Positions 1 to 12,370 of a stretch of 64,000 bases of DNA are shown in pieces. A program made the translations under genes and the position numbers. The notes under the pieces are model-generated. The model was not told the origin of the DNA. It did no database searches and saw nothing but the letters and a program-made list of their open reading frames with translations. Origin of the DNA: the human T2T-CHM13v2.0 reference genome, Homo sapiens. The stretch lies in NCBI RefSeq assembly GCF_009914755.1, contig NC_060938.1; one strand, 5' to 3'. The first letter of the stretch is position 1, and each line of letters begins with the position of its first letter.

Positions 1-253
1 TTGATGTGTGAAATTAATGACACAGATAAATATAGTAATATAAGATGCTCATGAATTGGAAGAATCAATATTGTTAAAATGTTCATACTACCCAAAGTGA
101 TCTACAAATGTAGTAGAATTCCTATGAAAATTCCTATGGCATTTGTTATAGAAATAGGAAAAAAAAAATATTAAAATCTATATGAAACCACAGTGGACTC
201 TGAATGGCCAAAGCAATCTTGAAAACAAAGAACAGAGCTGGAGGCTTCACACT
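1..253 (+). mobile_element. L1M (old LINE-1) ORF2 fragment
   Basis: gctcatgaattggaagaatcaatattgttaaaatgttcatactacccaaagtgatctaca matches the L1 ORF2 region encoding [16 protein letters not shown]; degraded. Confidence 0.9.
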
Positions 254-799
254 TGGAGCATAGAAATATTACAAATACTCTTGAAATTTTTCACAACGAT
301 CTTAAATTTATACAAAAAAGAGACAGTGTCTTTCAGAAGAAAGGTGGTTGGGCTAAAGGCAACCTGGCTCACCCTGCTTAAAAAACCCGGTTGGCCCAGA
401 TAAGTACCCAAACTCCTAGAAGCAACAGGGAAACATTTCCTTTTAGGATTCTATAACTTCAGAGGGTCAGAAATTCTTGCACAGTACTTGGGGGACTGGA
501 TGGCCTTAGTATTGGACAATGGTTTCCATTTCAGTGACTGAGTCAAGTGAGAGAGACATTTTAGTGAAATAAGGAGACGTGTTTATACTACTGTGTTAAC
601 ATATTTTCTGTCATTAAACTAATAAGTAGGTGAGCAAGTAATAAAAACGGTTATTGCCTTAGCTGATGTGTGCATAACTCTTGGTGTTGACATTTGCTTG
701 CTGAATGAGTATTCGTAAAATTAGACTAAAGAAAGAAGTAGCAGTAAGAGGGATGTCTGTGCATCTCTGAAAATCCAGATCCTACTCCTTTCAAAATGA

Positions 800-1180
800 C
801 TTACATTTGTTCCTCAAACACACCAATTTGCCTCTTTATTTGCTATTTCCTTTGCCTAGAATGCCTGCATATGACATTTACATAACTTCTTCCTGCTCAT
901 TCAGGCCTCAGCTTAACATTTCATTTCCTCAAAAAGCCCTACAGAGATCACCAAACTGAACTATTCACCTACTCCCCAGTCAAGTTGTAGCACATTTTCC
1001 CCCACAGCACTCATCAGTTTCTGAAATTATATTGTACACTAGCTTGTATCCTTATTCATTCTGATGAAAGTGAGGACCTTCTCTGTAGTGTTTATTGTTC
1101 TTGGAATGTTGATCCCAGCAACTAGAACAGAACAGGACATATCATAGAACCTAAATAAAGAAGTTTTGAGTGAATGGCAG
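800..1180 (+). mobile_element. L2 3' end fragment
   Basis: ttcctcaaacacacc...tttgcctagaatgcc...cattcaggcctcagcttaa...cccagcaactagaacagaacaggacatatcatag...aataaagaagttttgagtgaatg resembles the L2 3' terminus. Confidence 0.7.
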
Positions 1181-1489
1181 TGATTCAATATTTGCTTGAT
1201 GATATGAAGTAATTAACATTTACTGATCTTTAAAGTAACCTCTGTTAACAGCTGATTTTTTTATCTTCTTTTTGAAGGAAGAAAGATTAATACAGCTTCT
1301 CTGCTGGGTTATCTGCTGGCGCATAGTATGTTGTCTTCATTTTCTCACCTTCCATTTACTTTTCAAAATACTGTAATCAGCTTAAACTACCAATAACCAC
1401 AGAACTATTTGTTAAAAAAAGTAAACAATAAGTTTTAATTATCTGATTGAACAGAATATTTTGGCACTTGTTTTGCATTACCTATCCTA

Positions 1490-1985
1490 CCTTATCGCTG
1501 TACCTCTTGCTTCTGTTGATATTTTTCTGCATTCTATTAGCTTCCAGGACACTTCTTTGTCTTAGTTTCCAGGACACTTTTTGGTCATGTTTTCCCTCTT
1601 ACATCTCTAATAAATGCAAGTATCTATCTTAGGTTGATTCTTCTTCTGCCCACTTCAGATGTCATTATTAGTGCTGTCCATGTTCATCTTTCTTTTTTTC
1701 TTTCCATTCTAACTTCTTTTTTATTCCATTTTTCAACCCTCCTGCATTATATTTTCCTAAATAATTTCAACAGTCTCTGAACTAGCCTCCCTGAGTCCAG
1801 TTTTGTCTCTCTTCTCTACAAAGTTATCAGAAAAATCTTTCTGTAAAAATAATCTTACTCCAGCTTACAATTTTAATTTTAACATGGTTTTCTTAACCAA
1901 ATAATACACTACTTGATGGTAGGTGATTTTACTCAGCATCCTCAACACATAGTTCATAGAAAGCTTTTAATAAATGTTAAGGAAG
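1490..1985 (+). mobile_element. L2 fragments
   Basis: agcttccaggacac...gttttccctcttacatctct, tcaacagtctctgaactagcctccctgagtccag and a 3'-end-like cacatagttcatagaaagcttttaataaatgtt. Confidence 0.55.
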
Positions 1986-2329
1986 GAAAAAAAAAGAAAA
2001 GGAGAGATAATTGTTCAGACAATGCCAACTATTATGAATAATTAATTTTCTCTTTTATTTGAAATAAAAGATAAGACGGCAGGAGATACAAGGTTAACAA
2101 AATGAAATTCCAACTAGTGAAAAAAAACTTACAAAAAAAAATGATATCTTAGAAAAATACACTGTAAAGAGTTTGGATGTAACTAAGTATATATTTATTT
2201 ACATGCCATGTGTACATTGCAAAACCTACTAAAAGCGGGAAAAATCAACAACATCAAAAAGTTTTGCGATTCTCCTCCCCCGTATATTGGTTTTAATGAC
2301 AGCAGTCTCAGTAAAAATAAAAGAAACAG

Positions 2330-2480
2330 AAGAGTTGGGCAGTGAAGTGTAATAGAATTCTGGAGGGGAAACCTGGAATCAAGGAGGGATTTGTTATTTT
2401 GAATAGAAGATAATGGAATGTATTTAATGCTGTTGGAAAGATTCTATCTGAAATTCAGAGGGTAAAAACAAAAGGGAATA
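2330..2480 (-). mobile_element. L2 fragment
   Basis: gttgggcagtgaag...ctggaggggaaacctggaatcaaggagggatttg...tgtatttaatgctgttggaaagatt resembles antisense L2. Confidence 0.45.
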
Positions 2481-2520
2481 GTTATACTTATAGCATCCAA
2501 TCACCTTCTTGTTAGGAACA

Positions 2521-2829
2521 TTTTTATTTTTATTTTTATTTTTATGTATTTTTTTTGAGACTGTGTCTTGTCCTGTTGCCCAGGCTGCAGTGCAGTGGCA
2601 GAATCATAGTTCAACTGCAGCTTGGAACTTCTGGGTTCAAGCGATCCTCCCACTTCAGTTTCCTGAGTAGCCAGGATTATAGACAGGCACCACCATGTCA
2701 GACTTATTATTATTTATTGTAGAGATGGGTCTCACTAAAGGCTATTCTTTAACTGTAGGCTTCAAGTAATCCAACCCCCACGGCCTCCCAAAGTGTTGGG
2801 ATTACAGGCATAAGCCACTGAGCCCAGCC
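2521..2829 (-). mobile_element. AluJ
   Basis: T-rich tail, then gagactgtgtcttgtcctgttgcccaggctgcagtgcagtggcagaatcatagttcaactgcagc...gggattacaggcataagccactgagcccagcc; J-type diagnostic positions. Confidence 0.93.
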
Positions 2830-2867
2830 TAGGACCAATTTTTTAAATACATCCAAAAATATTTACC

Positions 2868-3478
<611 letters not shown>

Positions 3479-4404
3479 GTATCAGTTGTATAAACTCTGC
3501 ACTCTTCATTTCTAGTTAAATACCATAAAAAGAAAGATAGAAGGGTAAAAATTGGAAAGAAAGAAAGAAGAAAAAGAAAAGCTATTGATACAAATGTCAG
3601 TGTTTACATGTTTTATTGTTTGTAATTTGAACTATTCCTGTCTATGGATAGACGGCTCTGTGTGTTTTAGACTGCATAAACAAGTTGAAGTCACCTTTAC
3701 CTGCTTTACTTTAAGGACCTGCAAACTCAGTTTTGTGTTTGCTGAAAATAATGACAATATTGGAGTGGGATGAATATGTCAAGAAATGCTGCTTTCATGT
3801 CTTTAGAGCTATATTTTATAGTAAGATGATAGTAATTAAGGTCAATAACTTTACTTTTCTATATGACTTTAACTAGTGCACTCATTAGTCAGAAGTTAGT
3901 AAGTTTTATTAGCATGTGATTCAAACAATAGTAAATATATTTTAGTTTCATTACTTATTAATTTTTAGAGAAAGATTACCAACCATAGTTTAATGATTGC
4001 TTGTCTTTACAACTGTCAAAATTTTTGAGAAATATGGTGTATAATGTGTATGGTGTGAAATTTCTTGATGAAATAAGAAGACAAACTATAATTGTTAATT
4101 ACTTAAATTTAATTTTTGATTTAAATGAAGTGACTATGCTAATTCTCATCATACAAATTGGCTTATGATGCTTTTCAAAAGGGTGTGCCAAAGGAAGGAG
4201 ATGCAATTTTGAAATAATTTCTGAATGTCACACTTTTCTAAACCATAAAGGATATAAAATGTTCACATAATGAAGACCACAGAAATTATAGTTCCACAAA
4301 CTCCTTGATAGCAAGTGGTAAATAGGCAGAAGGTGCAAGAGGAAGGCTATTGAGCGCAAGGTTTGCGATTAATCTTGAGTGTGGATGATGCATGTAACTA
4401 AGTG

Positions 4405-4580
4405 ATGGAGTCATTTGAACCTGAATTGAAATTCTGGCTGTTCCTGCTATGTGGTATGGGTCAGTAATATTTTACCTTCTGCCTGAGTTTTCTTATCTGA
4501 AAAATGGACCATATGAGTATTCAATGTGTAGTACATGTAAACTACTTAGCATCATTCTAGCTTATGAAAATGTTTTATAA
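4405..4580 (+). mobile_element. MIR
   Basis: ggagtcatttgaacctgaattgaaattctggctg...ctgcctgagttttcttatctgaaaaatgg...catgtaaactacttagca, the MIR core. Confidence 0.75.
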
Positions 4581-4594
4581 AACTTGGCTTCTTA

Positions 4595-7500
4595 GTGTGA
4601 CATCAGCAAGATGGCAGAATAGGAGGTACCAGGGCTCACTCTCTCTGACATAAAAGATCAACTTGAAATTATTCACAGACAAAAATATCAAGTTTAAACC
4701 TCAAAGATGGGAATGAGCCTGAGAGACCTGCATGTTTCACTGGATTGAATAAAAATTTGCAAAAGAGAAACAGTCTCACTTCAGCTGCATTGCACCACTC
4801 CCTCCCTCAAGTTGGCAAAGTGCCACAGAGAGGAATGAATCCCTAGGGCCCATGGTTCCCACAGTGGAAAAAGAGAACTGGGAAGGTGGACACCCAGCTT
4901 CCCTATCATTCTGAGATACTTCACAGGGAGCTCAATGCACTGTCACCTAACAGGGAATGAAAAACATATGAGGAAGTGAATGGAAAGATTGCAGGGGCCA
5001 GATAAAAATGAAGCAAAAAAGTGGAACCCACAGAGATCACCATGCAAACTTTAGTGAAACCTCAGCTTACTTGCCTGCAGTGGTGCTAAATCAGAGCTAT
5101 CATTTGTGATCACATAGCCCACCCACAAAGCCGAGATTGTCACCTACAGAAGAGCTGATGCATGCTGCCTGGCTAGAACACCAAGATAGACAAATTTCAG
5201 GCCCAGGGGCCCACACAGGGAGAAACACGACCACTGATTAAATTATGACAACAAGCAAGCATTACTTCTGCCACTCCTAGGAGTTCAACCAGCACTTGCT
5301 GCAACCTCAAAGCCACCCCCAAACTCCACTCAGGAAGAGAAATTTCAACCATGCATTTCTATTGAGTATAACAGTTAGTGCATCCATCTTGATCTACTTA
5401 ACCATGAGGCCCCTCCTGCAACTTTATCCAATTGCTGAACTCAAATAGTGGTACCTTCTGAACAAGAAGTAAACACTGTGACCTAGTCAGATCACAGTTG
5501 TAGCGTGCATCCAGCAACTCAATCTAATTGTGTGGCTGAACCAGTGGTCTTGCCAAAGAGCAGAACCTAACCAACACAAATTTAGAGCAATGGTAGTAAG
5601 CCAGCCAGAAAAACTAAAAGCAAGCTCTGCCTGCCCATGGTCTCTGCTAGCTAGCACATCTGGAATCATACATTAGAATAAATAGTGGAGGTCTATCCCT
5701 GCCAAAGAATATCTTTCAAAACAAGGAAAGAGGTTGTCTTCAGAAATTTGCAAACAACAACACAAGGACACAAGGATTACAAAGACTAAGGAAATAACGC
5801 CACCATCAAAAGAACTAACAGAACTCCAACAATAGATTCCAATGAAAGAGAAATCCATAAGATGATAAAAAATATTAAAATAATTCTCAAGAGTTTTAAT
5901 AAACTCCAAGAGTAGAAAAATAATTATTTAAATAAAAATTGGAAAATGGCACATGAACAGAAACAAGCAGGTTGAAAAAAGAAATAGAAACAATAAAGAA
6001 ATAGGAACTGTAGAGATGAAAAACATAAAGACTGAATTTAAAATGCAGAAAAATGCTTTAATAGCCAGCTTGATCAAGCTGAAGAAAGAATTAATGATCA
6101 TGAAGACAGAACATTTTAAATTACTTTATCAGAGTAGCAAAAAGAAAAAAAAGAATGAGAAAGAATAAAGAAAGCTTACAGGAATTATGGGACACCTTCA
6201 AGAGAAAAAAACTATGCAAGACAGGAATTAAAGGAAGAGAAGAGAAGAATATAGGCCATGAAGCATATTTTAAAAATTAATAGTGGATGAAAAATATCCT
6301 AATCTGAGGAAATAGGCCAACATCCAGGTATAGGAAGACCATAGATCTTCATTCAAATTCAACCCAAAGACTAGTTCATCACAACATATAATCAAACTAT
6401 CAAAAATCAAGGATTAAAAAATTGTGAGTACAGCAACAGATAAATACTTCACACGCGAAGGAATCTCAACATGACCATCATCAGATTTCTTAACAAATCC
6501 CTATAGGTCAGTGGAGAGTGGGATGATATCTTTGAAGTGCTGAAGAAAAAAGAAAATTTCCAGCGAATTGCACTCTACCCACAAAGTTGTCTTTCAGAAT
6601 TGAGATAGAAATGAAAACTTTGAGGAAGTAAACAAAGAGAAATAAAAACTAAGGGAGCTCATTACCACTAGGTCTCCCTTACAGGAAGGGCTAATGAGAG
6701 TTCCTTACCTGAAAAAAAGGCCACTAATTAATAACATAAAACTTAAGAATGCAAAAAACTCAAAAGAAAGAGTAATACCAAGAATTATTCAGCACAATCT
6801 AGGACTGTAAAGTATTTTTAGACCTAGTATGAGGGTGAAATAACAACATTATTAACAACTATTGCTAATATAATCAAGGGATACTTACTATAAAATTATG
6901 TAAATTTACACATCAAAAACATAAAATGAGGAGGCGGTAAAAGTATAAGGTTGTCGTATATAATCAAGGTTAAGTTGTTATCAGCTTGAAATAGACTGAT
7001 AATAACTTTAAGATGTTCTTTGTAATAATTATGGTAATAAAAAAGCAAAAATCTACATAAGATACATAAAACAAAAATGAAAAATATTCAAAACATACAA
7101 CTACAGAAAACCACCAAACCATAAAGAAGTCAGCAAGAGATAAAAAAGAAACAAATTATGTAATAAAACAGAAGACAGTTTACAAAATAGCAGTGGTAAA
7201 TTCTTATGTATCAACAACTACCTTGAATTTAAATGGGTTAAATAATACAATAAAAAGACATAAAGCTAATGAATGTATGAATGAAAAAACAAGACCCAAC
7301 AAATACATGCTATGTACAAGTGCTGCCCTCCAGTTTTAAGGACATACATTGACTGAAAGTAGGGAAATGGAAAAATATTTCAGCCCTTGATTGGAGGTAT
7401 GGGAAAAAAAAATACTCCATGCAAATGGACACCAAAAAAGAACAGGGATGACAGATACTTATATCACGGAAAATAAGCTTTAAATTAAAAAAAAAAAAGC

Positions 7501-9640
7501 TATGCAAGGAGACAGACAGTCATTATATAATGTTAAAAAGATCAATTCATCATGAGAATAAAACAATTGTAAATATATATATACATTCAACTGTGAAGCT
7601 TCTAAATACCTAAAGCAAATATTAAAGATTCTAAAAGGAGAGGTAAATTGCAATATAGTAATAGTAGGGGACCTCAGTACACCACCTTCTATATTGGACA
7701 AATCATCCAGGTAGAAAATTAATAAGGAAATATTGGAGTTAAACACTTTAAACCAAATAGAACTAACACACATAGAGAACATTCCATTCTACAGCAAGAG
7801 AATATACATTCTTCTCAAGTGCACATGGAACATTCTCCAGGCTAGATCATATGTTAGGCCAAAATACAAGTCTTAGCAAATGTAAGAAGGTTATAATCAT
7901 ATTAAATGCCTCTTCTGACTATAATAGCATAAACTAGAAATCAATAGCAGGAGGAATTTTGGAAAATACACAAATACATTGAAATAAAAAATATGTTCCT
8001 GAATAATCAATGAGTGAATAAAGAAATTAAATAGAAAATTTAAAAATATCTTTAGACAAACAAATAAGGAAACACAATAAAACAAAACTTACGGGATTCA
8101 GCCAAGGCAATTCTAAAAGTAAAGTTTATAACAATAAATATCTACTTCAAAAAAGAAGGAGAATTGCAAATAACTTAATGTTATACCTCGAGGAAACAGA
8201 AAAAGAAAAAATTAAGTCCAGTATTGGCAGAAGAAAATAAATAATGAAGATCAGAACAGAAATAAATGAAATAGAGATTAGAAAAACAATATGAAAGATT
8301 AACAAAACTAAGACTTGATTTTTTTAAAAAGGTAAACAAAATTAACAAACTTTTAGCTAGACTAACCAAGAGAAGACTCAAATAAAAAATTAGAATGGAT
8401 AGAGGAGGGCATCACAACTGGCACCACAAAGATACAGTGATTATAAGAGACTATTATGAACAATTATATAACAAAAATTAGATAACCTAGGAAAAATGAA
8501 TACATTCCCAGACACATACATATTACAAAGACTGAATTATGAATAAATGAAAAATCTGAACACACCAATAATGAGTGAAGAGATTAAATCAACAATAAAA
8601 GTCTCCCATCAAAGAAAAGCCCAGGATCTGATGTCAATGCTGAATTCTACCAAACATTTAAAAAAGAATTAATATCAATTTTTTCAGACTCGTCCAAATA
8701 ATCAAAGGGGAGGGAACACTTCCAAACTCTATGAGGCCAGCATTTCCCTGATACCAAATCCAAATAAGGATATCACAAAAACAAACCAAAAAATCGCTGA
8801 AACTACAGACCAATATCCTTGATGAATATGGTTGCATAAGTCCTCAACAATACGCAAGCAAAACACACTCAAAAACACACTAAAAGGATCATTCACCATG
8901 ATCAAGTCATATTTATTCCTGGGATGCAAGGATGGTTCAGAATTCACAAATCAGTAAATATACCACATTAAAAAACGAAAAGCAAAAATCGTATGATCAT
9001 CTTGTTAGAGGCAGAAAAAGAATTTTATGAAATTCAGCATCCTTTTATGATAAAAACTCTCAACAGATTAGGTGCAAAAAAAAGGTACCTCAACACGAAA
9101 AAGCCTATACATGAGAAACCCACAGCTACCACCATATATAGTAAGAAAAACTGAAACGTTTTTCTCAAAGATCCAAAACAAAACAAAGATGCCTTCTCTC
9201 ACCATTCCTATTCACTGTATTACTGAAAGTAATATAGGATAGGAATTAGGAATAGGAATTAGGCAGGAGAAAAGAAATAAAAGTCATCCATATGAGAAAG
9301 GAAACAGTAAATTGTCCACTTGCAGATTACATGGTGTTATATATATAGGAGAGCCTAAAAACTGTTAGAACCGATAAACAAGTTCAGTAAAGTTGCAGTA
9401 CACAAAATCAATATACACTCAAAAGTAGCATTTCTGTACACTAGTAATGAGCTTTCTAGAAAAAAATATTCAAGAGAACAATCCCATTTACAATAGTCAC
9501 AAAAAATAAATACTTAGGAATAAATTTAACCAAGGAGGTGAAAGATCTGTACACTGAAAACTGTAAAACGTTAATGAAATAAACTGAAGAAGACATAAAT
9601 AAATGAATAGTGTATATGGATTAGAAATTTTAATTGTCCA
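4595..9640 (+). mobile_element. Old L1 (L1M3/L1MA6-9-like): 5'UTR, ORF1 and 5' part of ORF2, 3'-truncated, non-coding
   Basis: Starts gacatcagcaagatggcagaataggagg; ORF1 remnants ~5.75-6.7 kb; ORF2 EN (atagtaggggacctcagtacacca) and RT (cctgggatgcaaggatggttc; ttgcagattacatg) remnants with many stops and frameshifts; ends after gaagacataaataaatg...tggattaga. Confidence 0.92.
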
Positions 9641-11849
9641 ATTCTAAGTCCTAACAAGTAAATTGCATGCAGTTTAGTAACCTGTGACTTAAAAGGAATC
9701 AAATGGGAGTTAACAAATGTTTCAAGCATCTGAATGTGAGAAAAAAGGTATAGAAAATGAAATTACTTTTCTTGAAAATTGGCAGGGGTGACATATATTT
9801 GAATGAATTAAAGCAGTTGGCTTTTGAATCTTGCCTGGGAAATTTTGGAAAAGGCAGGGCTAACAATAGACAAAAAAACCAAAGTGAGAAAAAAAAAAAA
9901 AGAAGAGAAAAGGGCTTTGAGTAAAAATTTTGTAACCATGGAAGATAAACTTAGCCTCTCCGAATATTACTTTTGAATCCATTAGGTACTTATACCTTCC
10001 TAATAATATTGTTAAAATATTTTATTTTATTAGCCAACATGAACATGCTTTGGAAATTGTACGTCGGCTGTAATACATTCAGACTGTTGTGGATGCTTTG
10101 TTCTAAAACTGACCTTAAATCTACTATCTCCAATATTTTAGATATCTGATTTTCAAGCTATAGGCATTTATTTTCCTGAAGTTAAATGTTTTAAATTTGT
10201 TTTCTACTTTGTGTTATGTTTTAACTACTTTACAAAAAATCATTAATATTTGGCCAGAAAATATGATAGCTTTAACTCCACAAACAGTATTAAAAAGTTT
10301 TGTTTCACAGTTTAAAAAGCAGAATTTCTGGCTCAGTTACATATGTTATAGTAAGCTAAGTTTCTTGTTTTGGACTTATTTTCATTAGCAAATGAAGACT
10401 TTTGTATATTTATCTAAGATAGAAATGTTAAATGTGTATTGGTCTCTTGAGGTGAACTTGGATACTCGGGAATAAATGTGATCGTTGTGGCAATTATGAA
10501 GGGTAATTTGGAGACTTTTGCATTTTTTTCCTTCTGGTTGATATAGAATTAGTAGTGTAATGTGGATGCACCTGGAACTTCGTTCTTATTGCAAAATATT
10601 GGCAGTCATTGAAGCAGCAGGCTGTAGGGCATGTGGCTTCAGTTCATGGAAATGCTCCGACCACACATGGACTGTGGTATTCTATAAACATGAATGCTCT
10701 ATTTTAGGGAAAGTGACTAAATTGTGCCTCTGCATGGTTGGTGTCAACAGAAACAGAAAGTAAGAGTCCTTGTCATGTAAATATATTTGGACTGAACTCT
10801 GCCCAAATGTCACAGCTCTTTCATTTCTCATGGATTTTATATAGAAGCCCATGAGTGAAACAGCTGTTGTTTTGCAAGAGCTGGTATACAGCTCTATGCA
10901 CATGAATTTTTTTACAGCAAGCCAAAACAAAACCTATTTCAGAGAGAATGACTCTTCTATCATTACATTAATTTATAATTCAAGTGTTTGAATTCATACA
11001 ATTAAAATACATAAATAAGTAGCAATTCCCTAAAAAATGAGCTAGAAACTTAAACTGTAACAATTTGTTCTTTAAACCTTTATTCTAATGCCACTAGGTT
11101 TGTTTGTGAAAAACCCATCTCTAATCCAAGGTACTTGTATGTGGCAAAATCAAATCACAAACAGCAAAATTACTAAGACTTTGAATACCTTCTCTTACAT
11201 TTCTTTTTTTTTATTTTCAAAGATAAATATTTGAACTCTGCATTTCAAAGATAAATATTTTCTTCATCTGTTGACTATATGAATTTGCATATTTTGTATT
11301 CAGGAAGTTGTAGTGAAGATATAAATTCTGATTTGACAAGAATGGTATTTTAATATAATGATATCATAGCTGTTTCATCTTCTTTAAAATCTTAGAAACC
11401 AGTAATTGGTTAGAATAATAATTCCCTTGGGATATTTGCAAGCTAAATACAAAAATTAGAACATTTTTCTGAAAACAAATATTTCTCTATAAAAATTCTT
11501 CTTATAACAATCTTCTTAATTTCTGCAAAATAACATCATTTATTATAAAACTAACAAAATAATGCTTATCTTTCTACAAAATCATAATCTCCCTTTATTT
11601 CTAAAGCAACTAGCTAAGCTTATCACACTTCAAAATGTACTACACTTTTTTTTTTCCCTGCTTGTTTTGAATCATCAGCTATTTTGTAAAGGTCACAGTC
11701 AAAATAAATTAAATTAAACACACTTAATAAATCTTCCCAGAGCTTAGCTTTGTCTCTTTAGCTTTTTAAAATTCCAGTGTGTTTATCAGTATGCTAAAAT
11801 ATGCTTTGCAAGAAAGAAGATTTTCTGAAAAATGACCTCCAGTGAGAAT

Positions 11850-12370
11850 CTTGAGTTGCCTAGACAACAAGTGGACAAGAGACGTGGGTCTCACTTCTTT
11901 CAACTTCAGTGTTGCTGACCAAGCTTAGTTTCCCCCAGTAATCTTGGCTTCTTCAACTCAGATATGGTAACAATAACCACCAGTACTCAAAGGGTCTGAC
12001 TCCTACTGAGTTCCCAGATGCAGATCAGCTGGTCTTCCATACAGCCCCTATGAACAGCTGCCACCCAAATCAATACTGCCCAATATCGAGCTATCAGTGT
12101 ATCCTCCAATTGGTGAAGTTTCTTGCCCTCAGCTGACATATTAAAGGGGAGCTCACAGTGAAACAGGGTCTTTCTCACAAGAATAAAAACACCCCATATC
12201 CAGTGGTCAGTCTGGTCCTGGCACCCCATCCGTGAGTCAATGGAGAGACTGGAGAATGGAGGATCTTCATGTTGACCTGGCCTTGTGATTTCCCTTTTCC
12301 CAAAAAAGCCTCTTTCTTAACCCATGCCAAACCCCTGTGTGACAGATGGTAGCTCTAAAAGGGACCAACT
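11850..12370 (-). mobile_element. Possible highly degraded ERVL/MaLR-class internal (pol) remnant
   Basis: Minus-strand frame SAEGKKLHQLEDTLIARYWAVL resembles the ERVL pol segment SADNYSPFEKQLLACYWALV; locally GC-richer than its flanks. Confidence 0.3.

Noticed and set aside
1542-1580. Small direct duplications (ttccaggacactt here; also ~13854, ~28580, ~38082, ~56697)
   Set aside because: Ordinary 9-19 bp slippage duplications with no shared sequence or periodicity
12338-12360. Plus-strand acagatggtagctctaaa (TDGSSK), resembling a retroviral RNase H motif
   Set aside because: Short, with no supporting plus-strand context; the better pol-like signal is on the opposite strand
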